From Planctomycetota bacterium (lineage in GTDB: Bacteria > Planctomycetota > B15-G4), in the NCBI GenBank assembly GCA_965248575.1, contig CBDFJQ010000002.1:1696001-1760000 (forward strand): a DNA stretch of 64,000 bases, read 5' to 3'. The notes below the pieces were generated by a model. The model saw only the letters and a list, made by a program, of their open reading frames with translations, had not been told where the DNA came from and made no database searches. Shown in pieces: positions 29,514 to 40,041 of the stretch (positions are counted from its first letter, which is position 1; each line of letters begins with the position of its first letter). A program made the position numbers and the translations under genes.

Positions 29514-30806
29514 CTAGGCGTACAAGCCACGCATGCGGGTGAAGTAGGACACCCGATCGATGCCCTCCAGATAGGCCCCTGTGCGCATGTTGACCTTGGC
29601 CTTGCGGCTGCGGCGATGCACCTGACGGAAGGCCTTCTGCATGATCTTGTGGAGGCGGGTGTTCACATCCCGCTCCTCCCAGAAGATGCCCATGCGGTCC
29701 TGGACCCACTCGAAGTAGCTCACCACGACGCCGCCCGCGTTGGCCAGGATGTCGGGAATCACGAAGATATCGTTCTCATCCAGGATCGAGTCGGCCCCGG
29801 GCGTGGTGGGCCCATTGGCCCCTTCCACGATGATCTGGCAGCGCAGATTGGCCGCGTTCTTGGACGTGATCTGGTTCTCGGTGGCCGCCGGGATCAGGAT
29901 CTCGCACGGAAGCTTCAGGATCTCCTCGTTGGAGATTCGGTCGCCCCCCTCGAAACCCTCGAGCGTGCGGTGCTTCTCGAGGTACTCAAGCACCGCGGGG
30001 ATGTCGAGGCCCTTCTCGTTGACCACCGCCGAATCGATGTCGGAGATGGCCTTCACGCAGATGCCGATTTCGTGCAGAAGGAGCGCGATGGTGCCGCCCA
30101 CGTTGCCCGAGCCCTGGACCACCACGCTGCACTTGGCCAGGTCGAGCTTCCGGACACGTGCGGCCTCCCGCACCATCGTGAGCAGGCCGCGCCCGGTGGC
30201 CTCCTTGCGCCCCATGGAGCCACCCAGGCCCCAGGGCTTGCCGGTCACGATGCCCGTGTGGGTGCCGCGCCGGTGCATGGAGTAGGTGTCCATGATCCAG
30301 GCCATGACCTGTTCGTTGGTGTACATGTCCGGCGCGGGTACATCGCGGTCCGGGCCGATGATGTCCATGATCGCGCTGGTGTAGCGGCGCGTGACGCGCT
30401 CGATCTCCGATGTGGACAGTTCGCGAGCGTTGCAGCGCACGCCACCCTTGGCACCGCCGAAGGGCACGTTCACGATGGCGCATTTCCACGTCATCCAGGC
30501 CGCCAGCGCCCGCACCTCATCCACGTCCACATACGGGGAGTAGCGGATACCGCCTTTGCAGGGGCCCATGGCGCTGCTGTGCTGCACACGCCAGCCTTCG
30601 TAGACCGCAAGACGCCCGTCGTCGAGACGCACCGGCAGGGCGACCTTCAGCTCCCGCTCCGGCGTCTGGAGGATCTTCTTCATCCCATCGTCCAGGTCGA
30701 GCAGATCAGCCGCCACGTCGAAGCGCGCCAACATGGCCTCGAAGGGGTTGTTCTCCGGGGCCTCACGAACGGGACGGTCTTCGGTGTCCTTGATGCGGAC
30801 GCTCAT
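29514..30806 (-). CDS. gdhA: Glu/Leu/Phe/Val dehydrogenase (glutamate dehydrogenase)
   Basis: GPCKGGIRY, PFGGAKGG, DVPAPD, VTGKP...GGS.GRKEATGRG, EGANGP, PDILANAGGVVVSYFEWVQ. Start taken at ATG 30806. Confidence 0.93.
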   Translation of the reverse strand: MSVRIKDTEDRPVREAPENNPFEAMLARFDVAADLLDLDDGMKKILQTPERELKVALPVRLDDGRLAVYEGWRVQHSSAMGPCKGGIRYSPYVDVDEVRALAAWMTWKCAIVNVPFGGAKGGVRCNARELSTSEIERVTRRYTSAIMDIIGPDRDVPAPDMYTNEQVMAWIMDTYSMHRRGTHTGIVTGKPWGLGGSMGRKEATGRGLLTMVREAARVRKLDLAKCSVVVQGSGNVGGTIALLLHEIGICVKAISDIDSAVVNEKGLDIPAVLEYLEKHRTLEGFEGGDRISNEEILKLPCEILIPAATENQITSKNAANLRCQIIVEGANGPTTPGADSILDENDIFVIPDILANAGGVVVSYFEWVQDRMGIFWEERDVNTRLHKIMQKAFRQVHRRSRKAKVNMRTGAYLEGIDRVSYFTRMRGLYA

Positions 30807-31073
30807 GGCGTGATCTCGCGCACCCCGAGGGGACGGCGCCGACCACTCAGCCCGTGCCACTCGGAGAAAGATTTGGAACGTGGGAAGAGGATCGCTGGGG
30901 GCGGGGCGCTCACTATGCCCTCTCCTGCGTGGTTGTCGAGCCACACTCGACTCTGCTTTTCCGAAAGACGGGATCCAGCGGTGCTGACCGAGACCGCCCG
31001 GGCACAACTCCGGGCCAAGCTGGTGCCAAACGTCGGCCGGTAAGGGGCGACGGCTCCCCCTACCCTCGGCAGA

Positions 31074-32714
31074 TCAGGGCGTCAGCCCGAAGAGCCAAAC
31101 CGCCGGTTCTTCGAACACCCGCCGAGGGGGCCCCGAGGCATCCCGCTCCAGGGCCTGCCGCAGCTCCTCCGTGGGCGCCGTCGGGAACGGCATGAGCAGG
31201 AACCAGCGAGCCTCAGGGCAGCGCTCGCGGGCATCCCGATAGGCCGCCAGCTGGGACTCCCCGTGCATGATCTCGAGCTCGAGCCCCCGGACCTGCCGAT
31301 CGCTGGCATAGGTCACTTCCAGCAGCTTGCTGATGTAGGCATCCCCCTCGCCCCCCGGGAGCAGGGGATTGCAGTCGTAGTTGGTGAGGGTCAGCTCACC
31401 GGGGGACGTGGTCCTCGCCAGCAGCTCTCCGACAAGGGCAGGCACGGGTGCCGGAGGGTCGGGAAGCAGCTCTGCAGTGGACGTCCACACAGCAGACCAG
31501 GCTGCCAGCACCAGACCTAGCAGCCCCACCAGGGGCACACGCAGGCGCCTTCCTGCAGCCAGGAGATTCTGCGGGAGCAGCACGAGAGCCACCCCTGCCC
31601 CCAAGGCAACCGGTAGCCCGAAGAGCCAGTAGGAGTGCACCAGAAGCCCCTGCGGGAAGATCGCGCCGTGCACCAACGGAGGCAGCAGCAGGAGCAGGAG
31701 CAGCCCGGAAACCCCGAGCAACCCACCCTTGGAAGGCCGACTCCTGGGCAGACAGGCCAGAACCAGCACCACCAAGACCAAGAGCGGCCCCAGGGGAATC
31801 AAGACGGCCATGGCCTCGAACCAGACCTCGACGCCGCGGGCCTGGGCCAGAGCCTCGGCCGAGCCACCCTCACCCTGCAGGAGCAGGCCTGGCCCCCGAA
31901 CCCGGGCCGCGCCGAATAGCCCCGCAAAGGACGACTCGGGCAGTGAGGCGAGCCAGGCGACCCAGCCGGCGAAGAGCGCCGTCGTCCAGGCGCCGAGACC
32001 AGCGGCAGCGCGCCAGCGGCGAGGCTGAGTCAGGGCGAGATGCAGGCTGCAGCCAACGCCGGCATAGAACCCCCACCAGTCCAGGGAGGTCGCTAGCAAC
32101 ATGCTGGCCAGCAGGATCCACGGAATCCTGCCCGTGGGCCCTCGCCTCAACCACGACTGATACGCCAAGAGGACCCCGATGCTGGCCGCCAGGACGGGCG
32201 GGCCCTGAGGGTCCACATGGGCGCCGTAGGCGACGGTCATGGGCAGGGCTGCCGTCAGCAGCGCCGCCAAACCACCGCTGAGGGCTGCGGCCCCGACTCC
32301 CGGGGCCTCCCGCCCCACCAACCGCGCCAACAAGCAGAGGCTCAGCAACGTGCACAGGGCCATGAGCACCCGCGCTACCCGCTCGCTTTCGCCCACAGCT
32401 GCGAAGGCGGCCGCCAAGGCCAGAGAGACACCTGGTGGATGGTTCCCGTAGACGTCCGGTGCAGACACCTGCGCCGCATTCAGCAGCGGCGCCCCGCCCA
32501 GATGGAAAGGCCCGAGCCGCACGTAGTTGCGCGCGATCTGCGAATAGCGGGCACCGTTGTGGCCCAGCCAGGAGTGCTGCCAGGGTGCCGGCTCAAGCAC
32601 GCCGCGCAATCCCCACGCCACCGTCAGGAGGGCAACCAGGAGCAGCGCCCGACCGAGCCAGACGTCCCGGCTGCCCTGGCTCTGCGCCAGCTGCTGTCCC
32701 CCTTTCGCGCTCAC
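31074..32714 (-). CDS. GT-C fold glycosyltransferase (ArnT/PMT-like, family 39/83)
   Basis: First periplasmic loop NGARYSQIARNY...YGNHPPG...GESERVAR, followed by about 11 hydrophobic segments. Directly downstream of lpxK. Confidence 0.75.
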   Translation of the reverse strand: MSAKGGQQLAQSQGSRDVWLGRALLLVALLTVAWGLRGVLEPAPWQHSWLGHNGARYSQIARNYVRLGPFHLGGAPLLNAAQVSAPDVYGNHPPGVSLALAAAFAAVGESERVARVLMALCTLLSLCLLARLVGREAPGVGAAALSGGLAALLTAALPMTVAYGAHVDPQGPPVLAASIGVLLAYQSWLRRGPTGRIPWILLASMLLATSLDWWGFYAGVGCSLHLALTQPRRWRAAAGLGAWTTALFAGWVAWLASLPESSFAGLFGAARVRGPGLLLQGEGGSAEALAQARGVEVWFEAMAVLIPLGPLLVLVVLVLACLPRSRPSKGGLLGVSGLLLLLLLPPLVHGAIFPQGLLVHSYWLFGLPVALGAGVALVLLPQNLLAAGRRLRVPLVGLLGLVLAAWSAVWTSTAELLPDPPAPVPALVGELLARTTSPGELTLTNYDCNPLLPGGEGDAYISKLLEVTYASDRQVRGLELEIMHGESQLAAYRDARERCPEARWFLLMPFPTAPTEELRQALERDASGPPRRVFEEPAVWLFGLTP

Positions 32715-32715
32715 C

Positions 32716-33741
32716 TCAGGCGTCGAGACCGGGGATCCCCTCCAGCTCGCGCTCGAGCACCATGTCGATCACCAGGCACAGCACGTCGTCGGTACCCGGA
32801 ATGGCTGCCACCTTGGCTGCGTCCTTCTCCGTGCACAGCAACTGGGCTGTTCGGGCCTCCCCGCGAACCTCGGCGAGGCTCGCGGCGTCGAAGGCGTAGT
32901 GGTCAGGGAATCCGAGGGCGCCGGTGACGACGCCGCCCAGCCCCTCCACCGTGGCCCGGAAGCCGTCGGGAGATGCGATGCCGCTGAACAGGAACAGCTC
33001 GCGGCCCGCCAGGCTCTCTGGCGCAGCCTGCTCGCCCCCGTGACAGGGCCGAACACCGACGGGGGTGTGGCTGGCACGGATCACGGAGACCCCGCGACGG
33101 AAGGACGTGACGCTGGCCTCGGTGAGCTCCAAGCTCTCGTCGTCCATCCCTTCCGTGTGTGTCAGGACGATCACGTCCGCGCGACCCAGGCCGCTCGGGG
33201 GCTCCCGCAGGCCGCCGAAGGGCACGACCATTCCGTTGCTGACGGGCGAGCGGGCGTCTGCCAGCGCGATGTCCAGGTCCCGATGCAGCCGGCGGTGTTG
33301 GAAGCCGTCGTCGACGAGAATCAGGTCCACCCCGGCCTCTGCAGCCTGCTTGGCGGCCAGGAGCTTGTTGGGAGACATGAACACCTGGGCACCCGGAACG
33401 CGCTGGGCGATCAGGGCCACCTCATCCGTCCGCCCGCTGTCGTCGGCCACCGCCCCATAGCCCCGGGTCGCGATGCCCACGCTCTTGCCGGCAGCCAAGG
33501 CGCGCTGGGCCAGACAGATGATCAACGGCGTCTTTCCGGTCCCACCCACGGAGACGTTGCCCACCGAAACGACGGGCACCCCCACGGACACCGGCTGGAT
33601 CAGCCCTGCGTCATAGAGAGCGTTCCGCGCTGTGACCGTCAGCAGGTACAGAAGGTAGAGCGGTGAGAGGATCAGGCGCACCACGAACACGAGGGGCGTG
33701 GAGGTCGGGCTCACGAGCTGGTGAGCGAGGCTCGTTTTCAT
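32716..33741 (-). CDS. lpxK: Tetraacyldisaccharide 4'-kinase LpxK
   Basis: PVVSVGNVSVGGTGKTP, TRGYG, DE, LVDDGFQHRRLHRDLDI, GGLREP, FPDHY, TEKDAAK. Confidence 0.95.
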   Translation of the reverse strand: MKTSLAHQLVSPTSTPLVFVVRLILSPLYLLYLLTVTARNALYDAGLIQPVSVGVPVVSVGNVSVGGTGKTPLIICLAQRALAAGKSVGIATRGYGAVADDSGRTDEVALIAQRVPGAQVFMSPNKLLAAKQAAEAGVDLILVDDGFQHRRLHRDLDIALADARSPVSNGMVVPFGGLREPPSGLGRADVIVLTHTEGMDDESLELTEASVTSFRRGVSVIRASHTPVGVRPCHGGEQAAPESLAGRELFLFSGIASPDGFRATVEGLGGVVTGALGFPDHYAFDAASLAEVRGEARTAQLLCTEKDAAKVAAIPGTDDVLCLVIDMVLERELEGIPGLDA

Positions 33742-34796
33742 CGGGCTTCTTTCCAGGTCCTTTCAAGGCCGTCGTCCGGCTTCGCCAAGAAGCGCTGAGC
33801 CGGGGACAAGCCGTCATCGTCATCGGCGAAACCATCGTCCGCCACAGGGTTCGCAGGGGCCGGGCGCGCTTCGACGTGTGGTCGAATCGCGGGCGACTGA
33901 GCTTCGGCGCCGACCTCCGAGCTCGTCTCGGGCGGCAGCGCCTCTGGGACAGCCTCGACGACAGGGGGAGTCGCTGGCTGCGCGACTGACACCACCCGCC
34001 CGGGCGTCTTCATGCTGGCCGGTCGCTGGGTCCCGGAGAGCTCTTCGGCGAGAGCCATGTAGTCCTGGGCACCGCGCGAGCCTGGCGCGTACTCGAAGAT
34101 CGTCTTCCCATGGCTGGGCGCCTCAGCCAGCTTGATGTCACGCCGGATGGGTGACTTCAACATCACGTCGCCAAAGTGCTTCACGACGTCTGCGATCACG
34201 GCCCGACTGAGCTTGGTGCTCGGGTCGTGGCGGCAACTCACCATGGAGGCGATCTCCAGCCGCGGGTTCAGGCGACTGCGCACCAGCTCCACGATCTCAA
34301 GCAGCTTGCCCAAGCCCTGCAGGGCGAAGAACTCCGCCTGGATGGGCACGAACAACTCGTCGCAGCTCACCAGGGCATTGAGGGACAGCAGGCCGAGGCT
34401 CGGTGGGCAGTCCACCAACAAGTAGTCGTAGGTACCCGGCCGCTCCGCTTCATCCCGCTCGAGAGCGTGGCGCAGGATCATCTCCCGGCCCACCTCGTTC
34501 ACGAGCTCCAGCTCCACGCCGGCCAGGTCGATGCTGGCTGGCGCAATGTCGAGCCCAGGCTCGGCCGCGCTGGCCCGGGCGACATCGGCCAGATGGGCCT
34601 TCCCGTGGAACAGCTCATAAAGGGATGGGGTGACGCTGGCCGGGTCCAGGTCCAGATGGACGGTGAGATTGCACTGCGGGTCGAGGTCGCAGACGAGGGT
34701 CCGGTGGCCCAGGCGCGCGAGGGCTGCGCCCAAGTTCACCGTGGTGGTCGTCTTGCCGACGCCCCCCTTCTGATTGATGACCGCAATACGTCTCAT
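33738..34796 (-). CDS. parA: ParA/Soj family ATPase with a low-complexity C-terminal extension
   Basis: NQKGGVGKTTT deviant Walker A, DLDPQCN, DCPPSLG, PIQAEFFALQG, LAEAPSHG. Confidence 0.9.
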   Translation of the reverse strand: MRRIAVINQKGGVGKTTTTVNLGAALARLGHRTLVCDLDPQCNLTVHLDLDPASVTPSLYELFHGKAHLADVARASAAEPGLDIAPASIDLAGVELELVNEVGREMILRHALERDEAERPGTYDYLLVDCPPSLGLLSLNALVSCDELFVPIQAEFFALQGLGKLLEIVELVRSRLNPRLEIASMVSCRHDPSTKLSRAVIADVVKHFGDVMLKSPIRRDIKLAEAPSHGKTIFEYAPGSRGAQDYMALAEELSGTQRPASMKTPGRVVSVAQPATPPVVEAVPEALPPETSSEVGAEAQSPAIRPHVEARPAPANPVADDGFADDDDGLSPAQRFLAKPDDGLERTWKEAR

Positions 34797-34853
34797 GGCG
34801 TCCGTCTCTCAGGCCCGGTGTGTTGCGGGGCCGTGTTCGCTAGAATCCTCGCT

Positions 34854-36224
34854 GTGACCACCCGAGCCAAGGAACTTTTCGAAGCATCGGTCGACCAGGT
34901 CCGTCGTGGCCAGCTCCGTCCTGCCCTTGGGACGCTTCTGGACGCCCTGGTCGCCGAGCCCGTCCACGCCGAATCCCTGGAGGCGGCGGGGCGGATCTGC
35001 CGCATGCTGGGAGCACCCGAGGACGCTCAGCTCTTCGAGACGCTGAAGGACACGCCCCAGGAGGCGGACGCACTCTACAGCCTGGGTCATCGCCTCGTCG
35101 ACCAGGCCCGGCCCGACGTGGCGGTCTCGCTCTTTGAGCGCGGGCTGGAGCGCAGCTCCGACCCTCAGCTCGCCGACGCCCTGCGCCGGGAGCTGGCCTT
35201 CGCACAATTCGCGAATCGGGACTTTGAAGCGAGCCTCAGGACATTGGGCGGGATCGAAGCCCACGTGGACCTGGCCGAATCCGAGCGGCTGGACCTCTCC
35301 ATGCTCCAAGCCGAAGCCGCCCTCTACCTGCACCGCCGGGACCTCGCGAACCACTTCATGGAGCAGGCAGAGCAGATCCTGCCCGACGACGGCCAGCGGG
35401 CCCGGCTGGACGCCTTGCACAGCCTGCTGGGCCGCGCCAGCCGCTGGCCGCAGCTGGCCGACGCCCCTCTGCGCGCCTGGCACTTCATCCAGCACGCCGG
35501 CGTCCTGCTGAAGACAGCCGGCGGCTATTTCGAGGACGGCAGCCGTGCCGGGCGCTACGACATGCTCGACCTCAAACCGGACATGGTGGCCTTCCTGCTG
35601 CAGCGGCTGGTGCATCTCATGGAACGGCTCGAGATCGACGTCGAGGTGGTCATCCCCACCGGACCCGTGGCAGCCCCCCTGGCGAGCGCCCTGGCCCGGC
35701 GCATGGGCCGCACCTATGTGGAGAGCCTCGCCGACCGCAGTGATCGCAGCGCTCTGGTGGTGGCCGCTGGCGCCGGCGAGTTCGAACCCCTGAGCCCCGG
35801 CTTCGCCCGCAACCGCCCCGAGCTGCTGATCTTCTCGCTCAACCTCGATTGGGAGCGGGACAACGCCGTCCTGCCCGAGGTGGTGGGTGTCCTCGCGCGC
35901 CGGGCCTTCCTGCCCTGGGAGACGCGCTATGCCATGGACCCCGACACCCACGAAATGCGCGAGATCCCCGGTGACGAGCGCCCAGCCAACGTTCTCGGCG
36001 CGGAACTCGTCGTAGCGATGCAGGCACTGCCTGACGACGGCGGAACCGCTCGCAAGGAGTTCGAAGACTTCTATCTCCCGTTGGCAGACGAACTGGTCCT
36101 CGCAAACGAAGGGCGACACCCCTACCGCCGCCAGTTCACGCACATCTCGCCGTGCTGGAGTCCCGTGGGCAAGCTTCATGAGCTGACTCGCGATGCAGAC
36201 CAGGACGACGGCTCCTCCGCCTGA
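34854..36224 (+). CDS. Hypothetical protein with an N-terminal TPR-like helical region
   Basis: In frame with ORF 34176-36224, whose 5' part overlaps parA on the opposite strand. GTG 34854 follows a TAGAAT box. TPR-like segments (ALYSLGHRL, ELAFAQF). Confidence 0.7.
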   Translation: MTTRAKELFEASVDQVRRGQLRPALGTLLDALVAEPVHAESLEAAGRICRMLGAPEDAQLFETLKDTPQEADALYSLGHRLVDQARPDVAVSLFERGLERSSDPQLADALRRELAFAQFANRDFEASLRTLGGIEAHVDLAESERLDLSMLQAEAALYLHRRDLANHFMEQAEQILPDDGQRARLDALHSLLGRASRWPQLADAPLRAWHFIQHAGVLLKTAGGYFEDGSRAGRYDMLDLKPDMVAFLLQRLVHLMERLEIDVEVVIPTGPVAAPLASALARRMGRTYVESLADRSDRSALVVAAGAGEFEPLSPGFARNRPELLIFSLNLDWERDNAVLPEVVGVLARRAFLPWETRYAMDPDTHEMREIPGDERPANVLGAELVVAMQALPDDGGTARKEFEDFYLPLADELVLANEGRHPYRRQFTHISPCWSPVGKLHELTRDADQDDGSSA

Positions 36225-36247
36225 CGGCACCCCGGCACCACTCCCTC

Positions 36248-38299
36248 ATGAACACGCTGCTCCCCGCTGTCCGTGACCTCGCGCTGAAGGTCAGCAACCC
36301 CGTCCAGTACATGGGCGGGGAGTACAACATCGTGCGCAAGAACCCCGAAGAGGTCAGCGCGCGCCTGGCGCTCTGCTACCCCGACGTCTACGAGATCGGC
36401 TCGAGCCACAACGGCAGCCAGGTGCTCTACACCATGGTCAACCGGGAGAGCGATCTGGCGTGCGAGCGCTGCTACACGCCCTGGCCAGACATGGCAGCCG
36501 CCATGCGCGAAGCGGGTTTGCCGCTGTTCACGTTGGAGAACCACCTCGCGGTGCGCGACTTCGACGTGCTGGGCTTCACCTTGCAGACGGAGTTGACCTA
36601 CACCAACATCCTCGAGACCCTCGACCTGGCGGGGATTCCGCTGCTGAGCACGGACCGGGATGAGAACCATCCCGTGGTCATCGCCGGTGGACACGGCGCC
36701 CATTCGCCGGAGGTCATGGCACCCTTCATCGACGTCTTCATGCCAGGCGACGGTGAGGAGACCCTGCCCGAACTCCTGCGCTTCGTCGCCCAACAGCGCA
36801 AGCTCGGCACGGCGCGCGGAGAGCTGCTGCATCTCCTGGCCGCGAACCATCCCTGGGCCTATGTGCCGTCCATGTACGACGCAGCCTTCGATCAGGGAGG
36901 CGGCCCGTTCCGCGGCCTCACCCCCCGCTTCGAGGATGTCCCGGCCCGGGTCAAGGGCGCAGCCGTGTTCGACTTCAGCAGCATCCCTGTCGTCACGAAG
37001 CCCTTGGTCCCCAACGCCAAGACGGTGCACGAGACCATCTCGATCGAGATCATGCGCGGTTGCACCCGGGGCTGCCGCTTCTGCCAGGCGGGCATGATCA
37101 CGCGCCCCATGCGCTACCGGACGGTCGAGGACCTCGTGGACGCCGCCGAACAGGCCGTGCAGTCGACGGGCTACGACGAGGTGACCCTCACTTCGCTTTC
37201 GTCGGGAGACTACCCCTGGATCGAAGAACTGATCCAGAAGATGAACGACCGCTTCGCCTCGCGACGCGTCTCCGTCTCCCTGCCCAGCCTGCGCGTCACG
37301 GGCGAACTGGCACACCTGCCGGGCATGACCAACAACGTGCGCAAGAGCAGCCTGACCTTCGCGCCCGAGGTGGCCACGGACCGCCTGCGCAAGATCATCA
37401 ACAAGGACATCAGCAACGCTGACGTCCTCAAGAGCGCCGAGGCGGCCTACCGCGAAGGCTGGTCCACCATCAAGCTCTACTACATGATCGGCATCCCCGG
37501 CGAGATGGAAGAGGACCTCACAGCCGTCGTGGAATTCGCCGACGAGCTGTCCCGCCTCCGCCACAAGGTCACCGGCAAGGGCAGGGCCAAGGTGAACGTC
37601 ACCGTCACGACCTTCGTCCCCAAGGCCTTCGTGCCCTTTCAATGGGACGGCATGATGGACAGGCACACAGTCGCCGCGAAGCAGTCATGGATGCGCGGGC
37701 TCAACCGCAACAAGTCCGTGAAGCTCAAGTTCCACGACGCCGACCAGAGCTACCTCGAGGGCATCCTGTCCCGTGGTGACCGGCGCTTGGGCCCGGTGCT
37801 GATCAAGGCCTGGGAGCTGGGCGCCCGCTTCGACGCCTGGCGCGAACACTTCAAGATCGGACACTGGCTCAACGCTTTCGAGCAGTCGGGCCTGGACCCG
37901 GATGACTTCGCGCTGCGTGAGCGGAGCCAGGACGAAGCCCTGCCTTGGGACCACCTCGACATCGGTCCAGCCCGGGAGTACCTCTGGGAAGAGCGCGAGC
38001 GGGCCCGCAAGTTGATCAAGACGGACTACTGCGTCGGCAAGGTTTGTCACGTGTGCGGCGTGCCGCCCTCGCTTTGCTTCGCTATCAAGCGCGACATGGG
38101 ACTCCTGGACAGCGCACACCGCGGCATTCTCGAGATGGACGAAGAGGGCATCACCCGCGGCGTCAAGGGTGTGGCGGCCGATGCGGGCCGCAAGCTCACC
38201 GTCGCCGCTGACAGCAAGGTCCGCGCTCCGCGCACGGCCACGTTGGATGCCGCGACTTCTGAAGACAAGGCAGAGACGCCATCGGGAGCCCCTTCATGA
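36248..38299 (+). CDS. B12-binding radical SAM protein (TIGR03960-like)
   Basis: YPDVYEIG, FDVLGFTLQTELTYTN, EIMRGCTRGCRFCQAG, SLPSLR, TFAPE, KLYYMIG, FVPK, GARFDAW and a C-terminal C..C..CG motif. Confidence 0.88.
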   Translation: MNTLLPAVRDLALKVSNPVQYMGGEYNIVRKNPEEVSARLALCYPDVYEIGSSHNGSQVLYTMVNRESDLACERCYTPWPDMAAAMREAGLPLFTLENHLAVRDFDVLGFTLQTELTYTNILETLDLAGIPLLSTDRDENHPVVIAGGHGAHSPEVMAPFIDVFMPGDGEETLPELLRFVAQQRKLGTARGELLHLLAANHPWAYVPSMYDAAFDQGGGPFRGLTPRFEDVPARVKGAAVFDFSSIPVVTKPLVPNAKTVHETISIEIMRGCTRGCRFCQAGMITRPMRYRTVEDLVDAAEQAVQSTGYDEVTLTSLSSGDYPWIEELIQKMNDRFASRRVSVSLPSLRVTGELAHLPGMTNNVRKSSLTFAPEVATDRLRKIINKDISNADVLKSAEAAYREGWSTIKLYYMIGIPGEMEEDLTAVVEFADELSRLRHKVTGKGRAKVNVTVTTFVPKAFVPFQWDGMMDRHTVAAKQSWMRGLNRNKSVKLKFHDADQSYLEGILSRGDRRLGPVLIKAWELGARFDAWREHFKIGHWLNAFEQSGLDPDDFALRERSQDEALPWDHLDIGPAREYLWEERERARKLIKTDYCVGKVCHVCGVPPSLCFAIKRDMGLLDSAHRGILEMDEEGITRGVKGVAADAGRKLTVAADSKVRAPRTATLDAATSEDKAETPSGAPS

Positions 38300-40041
38300 A
38301 GGAGGGGCCCTTCGCCAGGGCGCTGAGCTACTTCCCTGCGGTCCGCACGCGCTGGCTCAAGGGCATGCTCTGCATCCTGCCCACGAGCGGGCTGGAGCTC
38401 GTCCTGCCGTTCATCGTCCGCCATGTCGTGAACGGCATGCAGGGTGAAACCATGAGCACCACGGAGGTGGTGTGGTGGGCTCTGGCCGGCCTGCTCATCA
38501 CGGTGGTCAAGGGCGCCGGTAAGTTCGGCATGCGCTGGTACATCACGGGAGCCTCCCGGGAGTTTGAGCGCATCTACCGCCAGGAGTACTTCCAGCACCT
38601 CATGCGCCTGACGCCGCGCGACATCGCCCACGTGCGCACCGGAGATCTCATGTCGCGCTCCGTCGCGGACGTGGAGGCTGTGCGCATGATGTTGGGGCCC
38701 GGGCTCATGTACGTCAGCCAGGCAGCGATCGTCGTGCCCTCCGCCTTGATCGTCATGGCCACCATCGATGTCAGCCTGACCCTGGTCATGCTGGTGCCCT
38801 TCATCGGCCTGGCCACGGTGATCCGCATCGCCGCCAAACCCACGCAACATTGGAGCGAGGCCACCCAGGAGCGCATCGCGGATCTCTCCGTGGTGGCCCA
38901 CGAGAACTTCTCGGGCGTGCGGGTCGTCAAAGCCTTCGCCACCGAGGGCGTCTCCGGCAGCGTGTTCAGGCGCATGGGTCGCTCGCTGCTCGAAGCCAAC
39001 ATGCGCTTGGCCACCATCCGCGGCGTGACCTCGGCCGCCATCACCGCCATCAAGGACCTGGGCGCCCTCGTCATTCTCCTGGTGGGCGGATGGCATGTGG
39101 TGCAAGGCACCTTGTCCGTGGGCGACCTCGTTTTTTTCCTGATGATCCTGAACCTGGCCCTCTGGCCGCTGATCGCCATTGGCTGGATGCTCGGCATGTA
39201 TCACCGTGCCAAGGCAGGCGCGCGACGTCTCGAAGAAGTCTTCAGCTTGGAGCCCTCGGTCCGTGAGCTGGAATCCCCCGCCCCCGGCGGAAAGTTCCGC
39301 GGGGAGATCGAGGTCAAGGATCTCTCGTTCGGCTGGGGCGAGGTGAACACCCTCGAGGACATCTCGTTCAAGGTGGCTGCGGGCAAGACCGTCGGCATCA
39401 CCGGGCGCACGGGCTGCGGCAAGACGACCCTGGTCCAGCTGCTCGCGCGGCTCGTGGACCCCCCTGCCGGCACCGTCTTCGTGGATGGTCGGGACATCCG
39501 CGAACTCCCCCTCAACCATCTTCGGCAACACATCGGCGTCGTGCCCCAAGACACCTTCTTGTTCAGTGACACCGTGTCCCAGAACATCGCCTTCGCCGGC
39601 CCCCACATCGACGAAGAGCGCGTGCGCGAAGTGGCCCGGCTGGCTCAGGTGCATGACGACATCGAGGGCTTCCCCGACGGCTTCGACGAACTGCTGGGAG
39701 AGCGGGGCGTCACCCTCTCCGGCGGACAACGGCAACGCACGGCCATCGCCCGGGGCCTGGCTGCCAATCCGCCTCTGTTGATCCTCGACGACTGTCTCTC
39801 CGCCGTGGATTCCGTCACCGAGCAGGCCATCCTGCGCACCCTGCGGGAGACTTTGAGCGATCGCACATCCATCATCGTCAGCCACCGGGTGACCGCCCTG
39901 ATCCTGGCTGACGAGATCCTCGTCATGGATGAGGGGCGGATTGTGGAGCGGGGCACGCACCACGACCTCGTCGCCCGTGGTGGGCTGTACGCCGACCTCG
40001 AGCAGCGCCAGCGCATCGAGGCGGAGATCGACGCCCTGTGA
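38296..40041 (+). CDS. ABC exporter, fused TMD-NBD (heterodimer subunit 1)
   Basis: TGDLMSR, GRTGCGKT, LSGGQRQR, ILDDCLSAVD (degenerate catalytic site). Confidence 0.93.
   Translation: MKEGPFARALSYFPAVRTRWLKGMLCILPTSGLELVLPFIVRHVVNGMQGETMSTTEVVWWALAGLLITVVKGAGKFGMRWYITGASREFERIYRQEYFQHLMRLTPRDIAHVRTGDLMSRSVADVEAVRMMLGPGLMYVSQAAIVVPSALIVMATIDVSLTLVMLVPFIGLATVIRIAAKPTQHWSEATQERIADLSVVAHENFSGVRVVKAFATEGVSGSVFRRMGRSLLEANMRLATIRGVTSAAITAIKDLGALVILLVGGWHVVQGTLSVGDLVFFLMILNLALWPLIAIGWMLGMYHRAKAGARRLEEVFSLEPSVRELESPAPGGKFRGEIEVKDLSFGWGEVNTLEDISFKVAAGKTVGITGRTGCGKTTLVQLLARLVDPPAGTVFVDGRDIRELPLNHLRQHIGVVPQDTFLFSDTVSQNIAFAGPHIDEERVREVARLAQVHDDIEGFPDGFDELLGERGVTLSGGQRQRTAIARGLAANPPLLILDDCLSAVDSVTEQAILRTLRETLSDRTSIIVSHRVTALILADEILVMDEGRIVERGTHHDLVARGGLYADLEQRQRIEAEIDAL

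Noticed and set aside
29430..31043. 537-aa plus-strand ORF
   Set aside because: Antisense shadow of gdhA.
34176..34853. 5' extension of the 682-aa ORF
   Set aside because: It overlaps parA on the opposite strand. GTG 34854, behind a TAGAAT box, is the better start.
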